A stretch of DNA of 64,000 bases, taken from positions 434,001 through 498,000 of the forward strand of contig NW_025765115.1 in assembly GCF_003918875.1 (NCBI RefSeq), in the 5' to 3' direction. Of the stretch, positions 23,301 through 35,649 are shown one piece after another; position 1 is the stretch's first letter, and each line of letters starts with the position of its first letter. The position numbers and the translations under genes were made by a program. The notes under the pieces were generated by a model. The model ran no database searches and had not been told where the DNA came from. It saw only the letters and a program-made list of their open reading frames with translations. This stretch comes from Haliotis rubra (lineage: Eukaryota).

Positions 23301-26300
23301 CTGCCACATGCATTAAATGGAAGCCACAAAGCCTTTCACCGCAATCGTAACATTTAGAAGAGTTGATGGAGAATTATTCTCTATATATTCAGGGGTGTTC
23401 TTAAATTAAACAGCGTAGTACATGTTTGGTTTAACGTGAAAATAAGCTCCCTAATACCTTTCCAAATTATATTCGGAATACAAAATTCATTTCATATCAC
23501 AATTAGCGACTTAACCTGTGTCTACCATGGAGGAAGACTAGTTTAACTTGAATACATATTTCATCTGGACTTGGTAATTTTATGTTTAAATTTTAAAGTG
23601 TTCATATATTGCTTGCGTACATAAAGTTACTGAAGTATATCAATATATAATATTTCATTTTATTGTTTTTATGTATACTTCTACTGACAACGATGAAATT
23701 GTGTTCCCTTTCTAGTTATTTCTGTGGCATATGAAACATGAACGCAAGTAAACAACCAGTGTTGACCATCCGTCGTATTGATTCGACTTGGCGCAGTATT
23801 TAAAATAGCTCTGAGAATTTTATGAATACCAGGAGTTAGGAAACTGAACTGACTCCAGACATTTGACACATATTTCATCTCCTTCCGTGTATTTTTGCAT
23901 CTGTGTCAACACATATTACCTTATTTAATAAACGTATTGGCTGCTTATTAGACACAAAGTACAAATAAATACAATACAAAAGGTTTTCATAATACATATG
24001 TAGTCTCTCCGTGGGGAACATCATTTAATACAGACTAATCCTGATAGCCAAATTATTTAGATGGATGGATACACTGTCGCCGGGCGCTTTCTTCTTGATT
24101 CAAGCGTAAAATACCTAGCGGTACCATGCATTGTTTGACGCATTACCAGACCATTAATAAATCAGTATCGTGGATCAGGCTACCAAGTTGTGTTCTTGAT
24201 GCCGTGTGTTCATAAGATAGCCAGTATAGACAAATGGATGTGATGTGATGTGTGCGTGAGTGTGTGTGTTTGAGTGAGTGTGTGCATGCGTGCGGGATGT
24301 AGCTGTCGTTGAAGATTTGATCTTCAGAGACACACCGTCTTTAATCGTCAACGTGAAACTGCAGTATTATCGGTTGCGCAGGACAATGGATAACCACGTG
24401 AAGTGCCGCAGTACCGTAACCTGTAAAATGGCAGTTGTAGGAATTTCACAGAACTTGACACAACGACAAATGTAAGTCTAAGCGCCTAACATCCACAACA
24501 CGGCAATTGTAGGAGGTTCAGATAATACTGGGGCACAGCGGCAAAACGTTTACTGACTCAGCACCTTGCTACTTTAACGTAACAATTGTAGGAGGTTCAG
24601 ATATTACTTGGGCACAGCCGCAACACATTTACTGACTCAGCACCTTGCTACTTTAACGTGACAATTGTAGGAGGTTCAGATAATACTGGGGCACAGCTGC
24701 AAAACGTTTACTGACTTAGCACCTTGCTACTTTAACGTAACAATTGTAGGAGGTTCAGATTACACTGGGGCACAGCGGCAAAACGTTTACTGACTTAGCA
24801 CCTTGCTACTTTAACGTGACAGTTGTAGGAGGTTCAGGTAACACTGGGGCACAGTGGCAAAACATTTACTGACTCAGCACCTTGCTACTTTAACGTAACA
24901 ATTGTAGGAGGTTCAGATAATACTGGGGCACAGCTGCAAAACGTTTACTGACTTAGCACCTTGCTACTTTAACGTGACAATTGTAGGAGGTTCAGATAAT
25001 ACTGGGGCACAGCTGCAAAACGTTTACTGACTTAGCACCTTGCTACTTTAAAGTGACAATTGTAGGAACTTCAGATAATACTGGGGCACAGCGGCAAAAC
25101 GTTTACTGACTCAGCACCTTGCTACTTTAACGTAACAATTGTAGGAGGTTCAGATAATACTGGGGCACAGCGGCAAAACGTTTACTGACTTAGCACCTTG
25201 CTACTTTAACGTGACAGTTGTAGGAGGTTCAGGTAACACTGGGGCACAGCGGCAAAACGTTTACTGACTTAGCACCTTGCTACTTTAACGTGACAGTTGT
25301 AGGAGGTTCAGGTAACACTGGGGCACAGCTGCAAACCATTTACTGACTCAGCACCTTGCTACTTTAAAGTGACAATTGTAGGAACTTCAGATAATACTGG
25401 GGCACAGCGGCAAAACGTTTACTGACTTAGCACCTTGCTACTTTAACGTAACAATTGTAGGAGGTTCAGATAATACTGGGGCAAAGCGGCAAACCATTTA
25501 CTGACTCATCACCTTGCTACTTTAACGTGACAATTGCAGGTAGTTCTGGGATCACTATGACAACAGCAAAATCTTGTAATGCAATTAAACGGGATGTTCC
25601 CATTTCGTCTACCTCCCATTTCGCCTACAGTAATTGAGGATGGCAACTCATCCACCCCTCATTCAGTGAATGGGATGGCCCGCATTTCCTGCTCAGTGTC
25701 GTCAAAAGAATATGTTCAATGTTTTAATTTTGTTATTTTATTAATTAAAGTGGTTTGTTGCTTAATAATGCAAATTACTGTAATAGGTTTGAGATCAAAG
25801 TCACTTTATATCTATGTTGATAAGATTTGTTGTTTTAATAAAGCCTTAATAAAGTGGCTACTCTCAGGCTTCCTGCTCAATGTGCAAATTTGTTATGTTC
25901 TCTTCTCATAGTGTACTGTTGTTTTAATGTACAGTATATAAGGGATGTGAAATGTTGTTTGTGATGTCAAAATGGCAAACGCATTTCTTCAGAGAGTAGA
26001 ATTTATTACGACACAGAGAGGTGGGCAGCAAGTTCTATATGATAGATATCGCCAGCGACTGAATGTGAAACGTCAGGTGGCAACACACTGGAAGTGTGTT
26101 CAGACAGGATGCAAGGCACGTTGCGTCTGACCCTGACCACTGCCATCCCACAGAGAATGAAGATCATACGCGTCTTCTAAGCCGACTCCGTGAACGTGTG
26201 CAGACCGACATCACTCCAGTTCAGCAGATCTACGATGATGAGCTGAATGCAGCTGAAGACGTGAACGCAGCAACCATGCCATCCTTCAACAGCTTGAAGT

Positions 26301-29300
26301 CCGGACTGTATCGACAGCGAAGCAAGTGTATTCCACCTCTTCCTCAGTCTCGAGCGAAGGTTGATCTGCAAGAACCTTGGACTCAGACCCTAAATGGCGA
26401 CCAGTTCCTGTGCATCGACGACGGTGTTGACGACAAGCTGCTCGTATTTGCTACAACTGATATGCTAGATATTCTGAGTGAGGCAGAGACCCTGTACATG
26501 GATGGTAGTTTATCCACATGTCCCAGTTTGTGGGCGCAGGTTTACGTTGTGCATTGTATGGTGGACGAGAAAATGTACCCTGTTGCATTTTCTTTGCTGC
26601 CAAATAAAACCAAACAGACTTATGTGAGACTTTTTACTCTGTTCAAGAACACCGCTGAGACCGTTACCGGTACGGTACCATCGCCAGAAGTAATCCAGAC
26701 TGATTTTGAAGCTGCCGTCATTAGTGCCATTGCAGAAGTGTTCCCTGAGTCGTCGACCCGTGGATGCTACTTCCATTACTGTCAGGCCCTTTGGCGTCAT
26801 GTTGTTGACTATGTCCTGGCCCTCGATTACAAGGACGAGAACCTACCAGTCAGCTCACATGTGAACAGAGTTGATGCCTTGCCCTTGCTGCCTATTGGTG
26901 AAATCCACGATGCCTGGATGGCTGTAATGGATGCAGGACCCAACACTCCATCCATCCAGCGTTTCAATGACTACGTCACAGTCAACTGGGTAGAATACGA
27001 CGCACGCTTTCTAAGAGAGATATGGAACCAACATGAAACTATTGGCCCGAGAACTAACAACCACTTGGAAGGCTTCCATCTGGGACTAAAGAAGAGGTTG
27101 AAGAAGTCCCATCCTAACCTCTATGAATTTGTCAAGGAAATCAAGAAGATTGAGTCAGCTGACCGACGACTTCGCTTGAAGATAGACCATGGTGCTGGAG
27201 TCCGCTCACGTCCTCGCAAGTACAAGGAACTGGACGCTAGACTGACTCGCTTGAAGGACCAGTTAGCAACTGGAAGAAAGACAGTGCTGCAGTTTCTGGA
27301 CGCAGCTGGACATTTAATTAAACTGCAAATACATTAGATTTGTTGAGAACAATGATATGAACTTGATATCTTCGATGACTTGATATATAACTTGATATAT
27401 TTGTTCTTATGTGATTTGATATAGCTCGATATGTTCAAGTTTATGATTATATTATTTGATATATATTTGAGTTATTAAAATATATATACTATTTAAATGG
27501 TCAAACCAACTCAACCCGACTCACAATGTTTCTAATTATTTGGGTTAGTCCATTAAACTACAGTGAACAGCATACAAATTCTTATTTTCACTCAAAGTGT
27601 AAATTTGTTTTGATAAGAGTGTAGGCGAAATGGGATGTAGGCGAAATGGGAAGAATCCAATTAAACCTGTGTAAACAATATGTAAGCCGGGATAAATTCG
27701 ACGCATGCTCTGATGATGTTTGATGCATATAGTAACTCATACGTGCTACGGCGAAACGGGTATATGCTGGGGAAATCTGGTAAAATCATCTGTCGGAGCT
27801 AAATTGGCAAAAACATGCAATCCGTAGTACGGGTGTGTTATCTTATAGAGCACGTGTATATTGAAATTATAAAGATTACATCATCCTTAGCAACTTTATT
27901 ATCATAATGGTATTATTGAAATTATACTATGGAACTTCTTTCTGAGCAGTTGATGGGTGGAGAAATTGCAGCGTGTTTGTGATCACCTAACGTTCACTGC
28001 AGTCATGGGTTCCTCTGTGTGATCTTGCGGGGGACATTAAAATCCTTCGCGGTCCATTTCACGCGAAACATCCATGTAATACTTAAACCAGCTAAACAGC
28101 TACCGCTTTGATGGTACTGGGCAATAATATTTCTAAAACAGTGCTTGTTAGATGGCGCTAGATAGAGCGAGCCTGGTGACCTGGTTGACTGCATGCCATC
28201 CTACTCCGATACCAGTCACTGCATTGTCTGGTCTGGATTTTATTGTTGAATGCCGCGTTTAACAAATATACCATTGAATGATAGACACACGTAATACGTA
28301 AAGCGGCTATGACATCAAACCTACATGTTGTGCAGTTTTCCTGTGATCTCGATGTTTTGTTTGATCAGCTGAATACAAGGGTACACATGAATAATTGCTT
28401 TGACTGTTATCAGTCAGTTTTATATTGCTGACAGAATATCTAAGGTGTATAAACGAGATCAAAGGACATCCACTTAAACAGTTAACGTAATTTGTTAATG
28501 TCTCCAGGTCCCCTCTTTATGATGTTTATTTTATTCCGTGTCGCAGTTATCAGTTGAACTGAGGCACTACACAAATATTGTTTTGGTATAAAATATCAAT
28601 GCATGTAACATTTAATCTAAATGGAAATAGGAATATAAGGCAAACAATAATTTAAATATAAATATTTGATGCAACAGTTTCCCGTGAAATGTTTACATAC
28701 ACTTGACAACTGTGTATGCCATGATATAAGGATAATACCAAAAAAACATAATCAATAGCATTAAAAATTTTCAATTTCTCTTCAAATGTATTGACACGAA
28801 TGACATATGTCAGTCGATATTGTTGTATATTATAGCAACGCAAAATGAGGATAATCGGATCAAATGTCTTACTGAAAATACGGTTATATTTAATAATATC
28901 ATAATTGTTTGATCGGCATTCTAGAAGTTGGTCAGTCAAAAATGAAACATACAACTTTTTGTTTGTTGCCTAGAGCGATGTTTCGATGTAGATTCTTACT
29001 CGTTATCAATCTGAAAGTGTTTAGCTTAAAACATTTAGCTTGATTGCTTTTTGCAATATTCCAGCAATATCATGGCGGATAACAGATAACTTCACACATT
29101 ATACCCATGTGGGGAATCGAACCCGGGTCTTCGGCGTGACGAGCGAACACTTTAACCACTAAGCTACCCCACCGCCCCCTGACAGAAGTAGGCAACGAAA
29201 CTATCTATGTGCAGTAATTTGTGGTGTTTTAACATAAGGTGTATCCGGGTTGATTGAAAATGGATGCATTTTATAATGACAATAAAATACAGTTGGCATG

Positions 29301-32269
29301 CTGTTATGACGAGTAAAGCGATGTATCATGTCGCCTGACAGACATGTCAGCTTTAAAAGGTTTGCCCTTCCCCTGCAGCACAACAACATGCCAGACTGAA
29401 TGTTTCGTATTTCTCGTTTATCTTCAAAGATTAAGACAAAACGTCTCCAAGAACCGATCTAATATCAAGTGCCATACGTTAAACATGGCTGTTCTTTGAA
29501 ACTGAGTGAGTGTTTTCCTTATTTAGAAATCAATTCTCTTTTTACCCTGAGGCAATTAACGGTCCCTGCTAGCCAGACCCGGTCGCTCTCTCGACGACTC
29601 TCTTTGTAACTACCTTGACCAGGCATGGCTCGACCGTTACAGGTCGTATCATTAATGGGTGATCAGGTCGAAACCATTTCGCTAGTAAGTACTGAAGGGC
29701 CAATTTTGATCGTGTACTGACTTACTTCATGGTATTACTGAGCTAAACTTATAGACTTATAGTATATATATATCCGTTACTTCTAACAATTCTTATGTAA
29801 ATAAAAACCGTGAAGATCCGGGTTAGAATTGATCTTCAGCAACCCATGTTTGTCGTAACAGGCGACTAACGGGATCGGGTGGTCAGGCTCGCTGACTTGG
29901 TTAACACATGGTTGACTCATGCTGTTGATCACTGGATTGTCTGGTCCTGACTCGATTATTTACAGACCGCTGCCATATAGCTGGAATATTGCTGAGTGCA
30001 CCGTAAAACTAAACTCACTCACATTATTTGAATCATTGTCCTGGAATTGTAATTTCTAATTGTTGTGATTCAAGTTACACCACAGCTCAAATGCCTGACT
30101 GTCCTAGTCTAGAATGCCATTGTTCAGATTTTATTCTGTATAAGTAGGCTTTGGTTCAGGTGTGTTCGTCTAATCTTAATACATGTAGTTCAAAAGACAT
30201 ATTTTACGGAAAGGCCCTCAGTGCTCATTTCTCCCTATCTTATCAAGCCGATGTTACTCGCTCCATAGAGCATGGAGTTAATTAAATCCCACATGACAGT
30301 TGGTAACTTACCTGGCTGTCTGTACACCTTTTCGATTGTCTTGTCATGGAGTGGTGCCAGCTATCTAATAGCGGTTATACAGTTGCTTAACTAATCCGAC
30401 TGTATATTTGCTCATGGTTTGTTAATCAGCGACCCTTGTCAGTGTTTATTAGGCCTTTGAACTCACTTTGCTGTGACTCGTGAAGATCCGGGTTAGAATT
30501 GATCGCCAGTAAGCCATGCTTGTCGTAAGAGGCGACTAACGGGATCGGGTCAGCCTCACTGACTTAGTTGACACATGTCATCGTATCCCAGTTGCGTAGA
30601 TCGATGCTCATGCTGTTGATCACTGGATTGTCTGGTCCAGGCTCGATTATTTACAGACCGCCGGACATGAGGTAGTCTAGACCACGGACCATGTTTTGTG
30701 TTATTACTTTATTCTTATTTAATGATACCCTGAAGTCCTTGAATGGAATTTACAAGTTGTAAGACAATAGAGCTTGTAAGTCTTGCCAGGCGCTACTTTC
30801 GGTACAAAGCTCCCTTTGCTCCCATTGCGCGCGCCAAATCGCGATATGCTTACTTCCGGTACCTGATTTCCGGTGACAAGCGTATATTCAAGAACCAGAT
30901 CTGGTTCAAAATTGCTCGAATGCCAAATATGACTTTACTAGGCCGGACCAAGTGTCCAATCATGTTTGGCTGTCACAGCTGTTGACAGTCGTAATAGTGT
31001 ACTAATTGGGGGGTGGGGTGGGGGTGGTGGTTTGGTCGGACGTTTGTTATTCCTGCAAGGATCAGTTCCTTACTGTCAGCAGACAACCATGAGACCATTC
31101 GAAAATGTATGCATCGTTGCTTGTCACCGGAAGTACCAAGGTCTCGCGAAGTGCCGTGACCTACGTACGGGCCCTATTTCATGGATAACAACATCTTTTT
31201 CTCATGGCGTCTCAGAGCTAATTCTTGCTCCTTCATCAAATGAGTGATGCAATGTTTATTCATTAATGTCATCTGGTGCCAAAGCACAGTTCCGTGACAG
31301 TGGAACTGGGGATGACAAATATTGACAGATTCGATATATTGACGTCATCGGACAGGAACTGTACGTGTTATGTAATCTTCATTTACATATTGCGAAACAG
31401 AAACAGAGTATCACGTCATGTCTACATGATGCATTGATACACATCGTGTCATATTATAATGCATCACTGAATCAATACAATGCATACATTTGTCAGTATA
31501 CTTGATAACCGTGAACTTGTCAACTTGGCACCGCCACCGTGACATATGTAGAATACATTTCTACCATATTGGCATGAATACTTGAACCCAATATGTCAAA
31601 TGTATAATAACATATTTATCGGAAATCCACGAATACAAAGAGTTGTGTGGGGTATTTTTACGTTGGTGAAAATGGTGATGATATTTTGTGAATATGCACA
31701 TGTACCACATGTTTTCTTTGGCAAGACTGCACGAGTAGCCTTAACAATTTAACGTCGAGTGTTCTTGAGAAACCTTTAACACCAATTGCTTTACTATCTT
31801 CCCCAAATGCTGATTAAAGATGCTAAGTGAAAGCAAATATGGTTTTGCTAATATCAGCGCCAAACTCTTAATGATTACGATCAGTCTCGTCCTCTACAAA
31901 CATTGGTAAGTTTATTTAAAATGAAGTAAATAATTTTAATGAAACTACGGTTCTCTTTCACCACCAAATTACTTTCATTTGATTGCCAACCAACTTATAG
32001 TCATAGATGAGTTTGATAATCCGATTAATCTGAACATTCGCGATTAAATGTTTTGGAGTCACGCAAATATACTGCAGTTGTTACCTTTTAATATCCCGCA
32101 GGAGGTAAAAACGAAAAAAACCCTTACCAGACTGCATCGTAAATATGATAAAAGCACTGGTGAGAATCCATGTGGCATCGTCCCATGGTGAATTGGCCTT
32201 CGGTTCATATGCTTCCGTCACATTTGAAGTCAAACTTTCATTCCCATACGCCGCTGTTACGTTCGCCAT
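10763..32269 (-). CDS. amt: Ammonium transporter paralogue B (amt-3-like), complete 9-exon CDS, 571 aa
   Basis: Exons 32128-32269, 22898-23080, 22446-22526, 21746-22040, 21480-21551, 19685-19744, 13080-13156, 12137-12363 and 10763-11341 join via GT-AG in frame (1716 nt). Amt motifs: MQSGFGLLESG, FQASFA, AHWVW, DVAGVGPVHLVGG, WWGWLGFNCGS, DDPVGASSVH, GLRVSAEEEIVGAD. Confidence 0.95.
11542..11702 (+). mobile_element. tRNA-derived SINE family 1
   Basis: A box/B box head (tagtggttaaa...gggttcgattccc), tail gcggcgtaaaactaaactcactcac; TSD ctgcccagcg. Confidence 0.88.
11975..12107 (-). mobile_element. SINE family 2 (partial)
   Basis: caaccaagtcagtgagtctgaccacccgatcccgttagtc...cccggatcttcacggg. Confidence 0.82.
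12137..12363 (-). CDS. amt: Amt gene B exon 8
   Basis: Acceptor ttgaag|; AICAVTTTWAAVIIG...KIDDPVGASSVH...HGLLW; donor |GTAAGT. Confidence 0.93.
13080..13156 (-). CDS. amt: Amt gene B exon 7
   Basis: Acceptor tttcag|; YIFHKRKYIIPLIVNGILGSLVSVS; donor G|GTATGT. Confidence 0.92.
13804..14205 (-). pseudogene. DIRS tyrosine recombinase remnant (internally deleted)
   Basis: LVALAAVARSSEIHA (first catalytic R), then HEVR and WTRDTTFANHY (HxxR and Y), with the intervening region apparently missing. Confidence 0.85.
14485..16200 (-). pseudogene. DIRS pol remnant: RT - RNase H - adenine-methyltransferase-like domain
   Basis: ISLDLQDAY, MPFGICMAP, MYLND (degenerate YLDD); VDASFQGWGAHL; WGRPFIDLF...DAF..SWEGLDAYAFPP; spread over several frames. 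Confidence 0.88.
17945..18815 (+). mobile_element. 5'-truncated non-LTR retrotransposon 3' fragment nested in the DIRS gag region
   Basis: KLRTYRLFK...LSKFRCGSLPLAIELGRF...ERICKFCKCNVVEDEIHF (LINE ORF2 C-terminal Cys/His motif), 3' UTR, AATAAA and (TTC)n tail; DIRS 36-bp repeats lie on both sides. Confidence 0.85.
18830..19010. repeat. 36-bp tandem repeat inside DIRS gag (about 5 copies; related copies at 17880-17945)
   Basis: Unit ctggcgccgatcccaagcctggcgctggtctgacga. Confidence 0.85.
19685..19744 (-). CDS. amt: Amt gene B exon 6
   Basis: Acceptor ttaaag|; RAAATTILASCGGGITAFIIS; donor AG|GTAA. Confidence 0.9.
19843..20100 (+). mobile_element. SINE family 2 (Nin-domain-like), full copy
   Basis: cccgtgaagat...gtaagaggcgactaacgggatcgg...gcggcataaaactaaactaactcactcactc. 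Confidence 0.88.
20223..20372 (-). mobile_element. tRNA-derived SINE family 1
   Basis: Reverse complement of the same consensus; TSD ccgacaacaatca. Confidence 0.88.
21115..21362 (-). mobile_element. SINE family 2, full copy
   Basis: Reverse complement of the family 2 consensus. Confidence 0.88.
21480..21551 (-). CDS. amt: Amt gene B exon 5
   Basis: Acceptor ttttcag|; WGWLGFNCGSTFGISGGKWKLAT; donor AG|GTAC. Confidence 0.92.
21746..22040 (-). CDS. amt: Amt gene B exon 4
   Basis: Acceptor attcag|; GAMAERTK...FPAHWVW...DVAGVGPVHLVGG...LGLFMLW; donor TG|GTGGGT. Confidence 0.93.
22446..22526 (-). CDS. amt: Amt gene B exon 3
   Basis: Acceptor ttgcag|; DGENIGNIYSKFVFQASFATTATTIVS; donor G|GTTTG. 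Confidence 0.92.
22898..23080 (-). CDS. amt: Amt gene B exon 2
   Basis: Acceptor ttgtag|; GFGLLESGMASRKNEVNIMLKNVVDVVFGG...YFFLNP; donor G|GTGAGC. Confidence 0.93.
24504..25545. repeat. 79-bp minisatellite, about 13 copies
   Basis: Unit caattgtaggaggttcagataatactggggcacagcggcaaaacgtttactgact(c/t)agcaccttgctactttaacgt(g/a)a. Confidence 0.96.
25591..27658 (+). mobile_element. Mutator/MULE DNA transposon with TIRs and TSD, in intron 1 of Amt gene B
   Basis: TIRs gggatgttcccatttcgtctacctcccatttcgcctaca / tgtaggcgaaatgggatgtaggcgaaatgggaagaatcc; flanking direct repeat aattaaac at 25583-25590 and 27659-27666. Confidence 0.93.
25972..27337 (+). pseudogene. MULE transposase with N-terminal FLYWCH-like zinc finger; frameshift near 26128
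   Basis: MANAF...TQRGGQQVLYDRY...HWKCVQTGCKARC from 25972 stops at about 26130; the long frame (to 27337) has YMDG, QTDFE, GCYFH and RTNNHLEGFH (DDE + CxxH). Confidence 0.88.
29050..29178 (-). mobile_element. tRNA-derived SINE family 1
   Basis: ggggaatcgaacccgggtcttcggcgtgacgagc...ctaccccaccgcccc. Confidence 0.85.
29808..30022 (+). mobile_element. SINE family 2
   Basis: Consensus match. Confidence 0.87.
30478..30662 (+). mobile_element. SINE family 2 (3'-truncated)
   Basis: Consensus match ending at cagaccgccg. Confidence 0.85.
32128..32269 (-). CDS. amt: Amt gene B exon 1
   Basis: MANVTAAYGNES...WDDATWILTSAFIIFTMQS; donor G|GTAAGG. Confidence 0.93.
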
Positions 32270-33959
32270 CTTGAAACGGAACTCCGCTCAAATGTCTGAG
32301 TATTGAGTATGTATGTACAGACACGGCACTGTAAATACGTATTTCAGGCGCGTGTTAAATATTTATTGACCATTGGTAAGAAACGAAGACTGGAAGACTT
32401 TTATTGTTATTTGTAAGAACATCCGCTGAAGCGTGTTTACTCGACGTATGTATATGAATTGGTTTTATTCTCTAAGGACAGGCGTTAAAACCACTTCAAT
32501 GTGCTGTTTATCTGTAGCTGAACTGTTCGATAACCATTGTGGCTGCTGTCATAGAAGCGACATCAACACACAAGGTGGAAATAGCTCAGTTCGGTTAGGG
32601 ATGGTATTTTCAAAGTCCGTTTTGTGCAAATGACCTTTTGTTTTCTCCAAGAATTGCCTTTAATGATAGCATTCGTTAATAATTAGAAGCACGGTCCAAG
32701 CATCAAACAGTTCATTCTGTTTGATCAACCAGAAAACCTAGGAACGTAATACACGTAGCCATAGATACAAGTGATCCGAATAATAATCGTTCTCAGTGAT
32801 TAAAATGTAACGGAACGTTATCATTATCTAAAACAAGCCTTGCATATTATAGGCCTTCACTGTACTGGATATGCACGTACAGGAAATTATAAATATCTTT
32901 GAGCAGAAAATAACAATAAGCAGACATTATTTAGCATCGAGTCGTGGGAGGGGCTATGGGTTCACATCTTAAAGACAGCTGAAGACTAGGGAAGCATTTG
33001 CTGTAGAAATGTCACTATGTCACTATTCCCAGTTGTCCACTGTGTCATGCGCTTCAGCAAATCTAACAAATCCAATACCGCCATGATGCCTTTACATTCA
33101 GTGTTTAAGATTAAACATTTTCTTCAACGCGGATTGTTCAAACTAATTTGTTACGTATGCTCTCTGGTGGTATACCGTGCGAAACATTGTAAGTGAGTGA
33201 GTTTAGTTTTGCACCGCTCTCAGCAATATTCCGGCAATATGGCGGCTGAAACATTGTAACATAATCACAGTACTCTGTCTCAAAGACCTCTGACGTCTTC
33301 CTTACTGCATATACATGTATTGTCTCATGGAAGGGATTGTTTCTATCAACCCGGGGTATCAGTGTCGTTTGGATATCAGAGGGATACCTTTATGCAATCA
33401 ATAGGCAAATGTCAATAGTGCTGCATCTCTGTGATATGTTTGATAAACATAGGGGAAAATCGATAATCATGTCTCATTTCCGTACATGGCATTGATGCAA
33501 TGAGAACTTTCTATTTACCATTTTATGTAAACTAACAATGGTCGGCGACCGGGTACAATTTTAATTGGTTTTCAAAGGAACAGACAATACCTTTCTGAAG
33601 CTTTTAACGGTTTCTCTTTTAACATTCTAAAAAAATAACAAAAATTCTGCGATTCTGAAAGAGCTATGTAAATCTAATCAGCTATCATTTGGAATTTTGA
33701 AAAAGATCCTTCAAACCAAATAAAACGCTGGATGTGATAATGAAAGTAGATTGCGAAATGTCGACATTGTACAAATCGACCGTAAAGCTATGGCTGCTCA
33801 TGTTGGAACTTCACACAAAGTACAGGCAGTGTATCTCTGTCAGTCGTAAAGGGTACCGATTTTATCACGGCAAAGGCATTGTAGAAAATATGGATTTGCA
33901 TCGGGCATCATGTTTGTCCTTGTATGGCGGCACACTTTCAAATCTTCGTTTAAAGAGCA

Positions 33960-34170
33960 CCCGTGAATATCCGGGATAGAATATTGGTCTTCAGCGACCC
34001 ATGCTTGTCGTAAGAGGCGACTAACGAGATCGGGTAGTCAGGCTCGCTGACTTGGTTGACACATGTCATCGTATCCCAGCTACTTAGATGCTCATGCTGT
34101 TGATCGATTATTTACAGACCGCCACCATACAGCTGGAACATTGCGGCCTTAAACAACAAACCAAACTAAA
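33960..34170 (+). mobile_element. SINE family 2
   Basis: Consensus match. Confidence 0.85.
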
Positions 34171-35649
34171 TCGTATGAAGAGCATTTTCCGTCGTACCGT
34201 AAACGCTACGAATTATAGACACCAAAGGTTGTACATATGATTGTATATAACCGACACTATATACTCGAAACCTTTTTTGAAGTCATCCTATTGTCTTACA
34301 GACCTGTTCATAATATCTTGTTACTCTGAAACAAATGAGGCTGATGTCATTTGTCGCTTATTTTGGTGAGAATCATCATTAGCTGGTTGACTATTATTGA
34401 ATGATATCAATCTCCTTGATTTACTCAGTTAAACTGAAGCCTCAGTTAAACTCTTGTCCGAATGTTCTTGTTTGGACTATATCGATTCAAGCATAACACA
34501 ATTGATGCCACGATTTCACCTTGATCTTATTATGAGAGAGTCCACCTTTTCACAAATAAACCAAGCATTTCGAAGCTACGTAAATGTCATCTGCATTTAA
34601 AGTGTCAGAGATATTCCTCTTCCATTCATTTCCACTAACAAACCTGGAGAAATCAGCTTGAATCAGCTGAGGAAACCACTTACATTCACATTTCCGATCG
34701 ATAAGATATAAATTTGACTTCTTGCAAGTCAAGTTGAAATTGCTGCGATTGTGTCACATACTTGTATGAATAATGCACAGGGAATACTTTAATTATTTCT
34801 CTATGGACGATTTATCTGACCCTGGACGAGGATATAGTTACTGTAGACTGAGTACACGGAGTTTATCACACGTGACAATAGAACTGTATTTCATTTGATT
34901 GACATGGAACATTTATGATTTTCTGTGATGGAAATAGGTAAAAATTAAGCAAAGATATAATATGGGGAAAGTATATATCATATTCTGTTTCTTTCTTTAC
35001 TTGGTAAACGTCTTCCCCACTTCCGTCACTAAAATTTGAAGCAGTGTATATAACAATGCTGTGTGGTGAAAAGATTTAACATCGGTGACCTGCCATATGC
35101 TACTCAAGAGGAAATACGTCAAACTACTGTCCTGTCATCCGTCCCCGCTGCTGGACATAGAGAAAGGTTGTTTCCAGTTGATCCGAGACAAATTATGATT
35201 ACTATCATTCATATAATAAAGCACGGTTATGTTGGACTATCTTTTGTAATCTTTCCCCTTGTCCCTCTTTTCCCAGACTCGGGACAGTTGATTTATGAAG
35301 TCTGGACAGTATTTCGATAGAAAACTAGAAACTACTGGAGTCAGGTCTGGTCGTCCTATTGACGTGATATTCGGCCCATTCCAAACTTGCCTGCATTCAA
35401 TGTGGGTTAAGTGGGATGCAAACGCATTCCGTGACCGGAGATCAGGAGATCAGTCCTACGGAGAGTAGACATTTTAATCCCACTGCAGGTCTTTCTGAGA
35501 ATGATGACGTCTCTCTACAGTCAGGAGAAATCTGTCTTCTCGTTGTGTGTTGGGCCAAAGTCAAAAACATGCATATCGCTGGGTAGCTGATCACAGTTTG
35601 GCTGGCACCAACGACATTAAATTGCCGCAGTAAACGAGTTAAAATTTAT

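Noticed and set aside
24504-25545. Regular repeat array beside a transposase, superficially CRISPR-like
   Set aside because: Units are contiguous near-identical 79-mers with no unique spacers; eukaryotic context, no cas genes.
28960-29015. Minus-strand ttgataa...cgaaac motif reminiscent of Penelope-type termini
   Set aside because: Too short, with no supporting RT/GIY-YIG remnant or complete ribozyme core.
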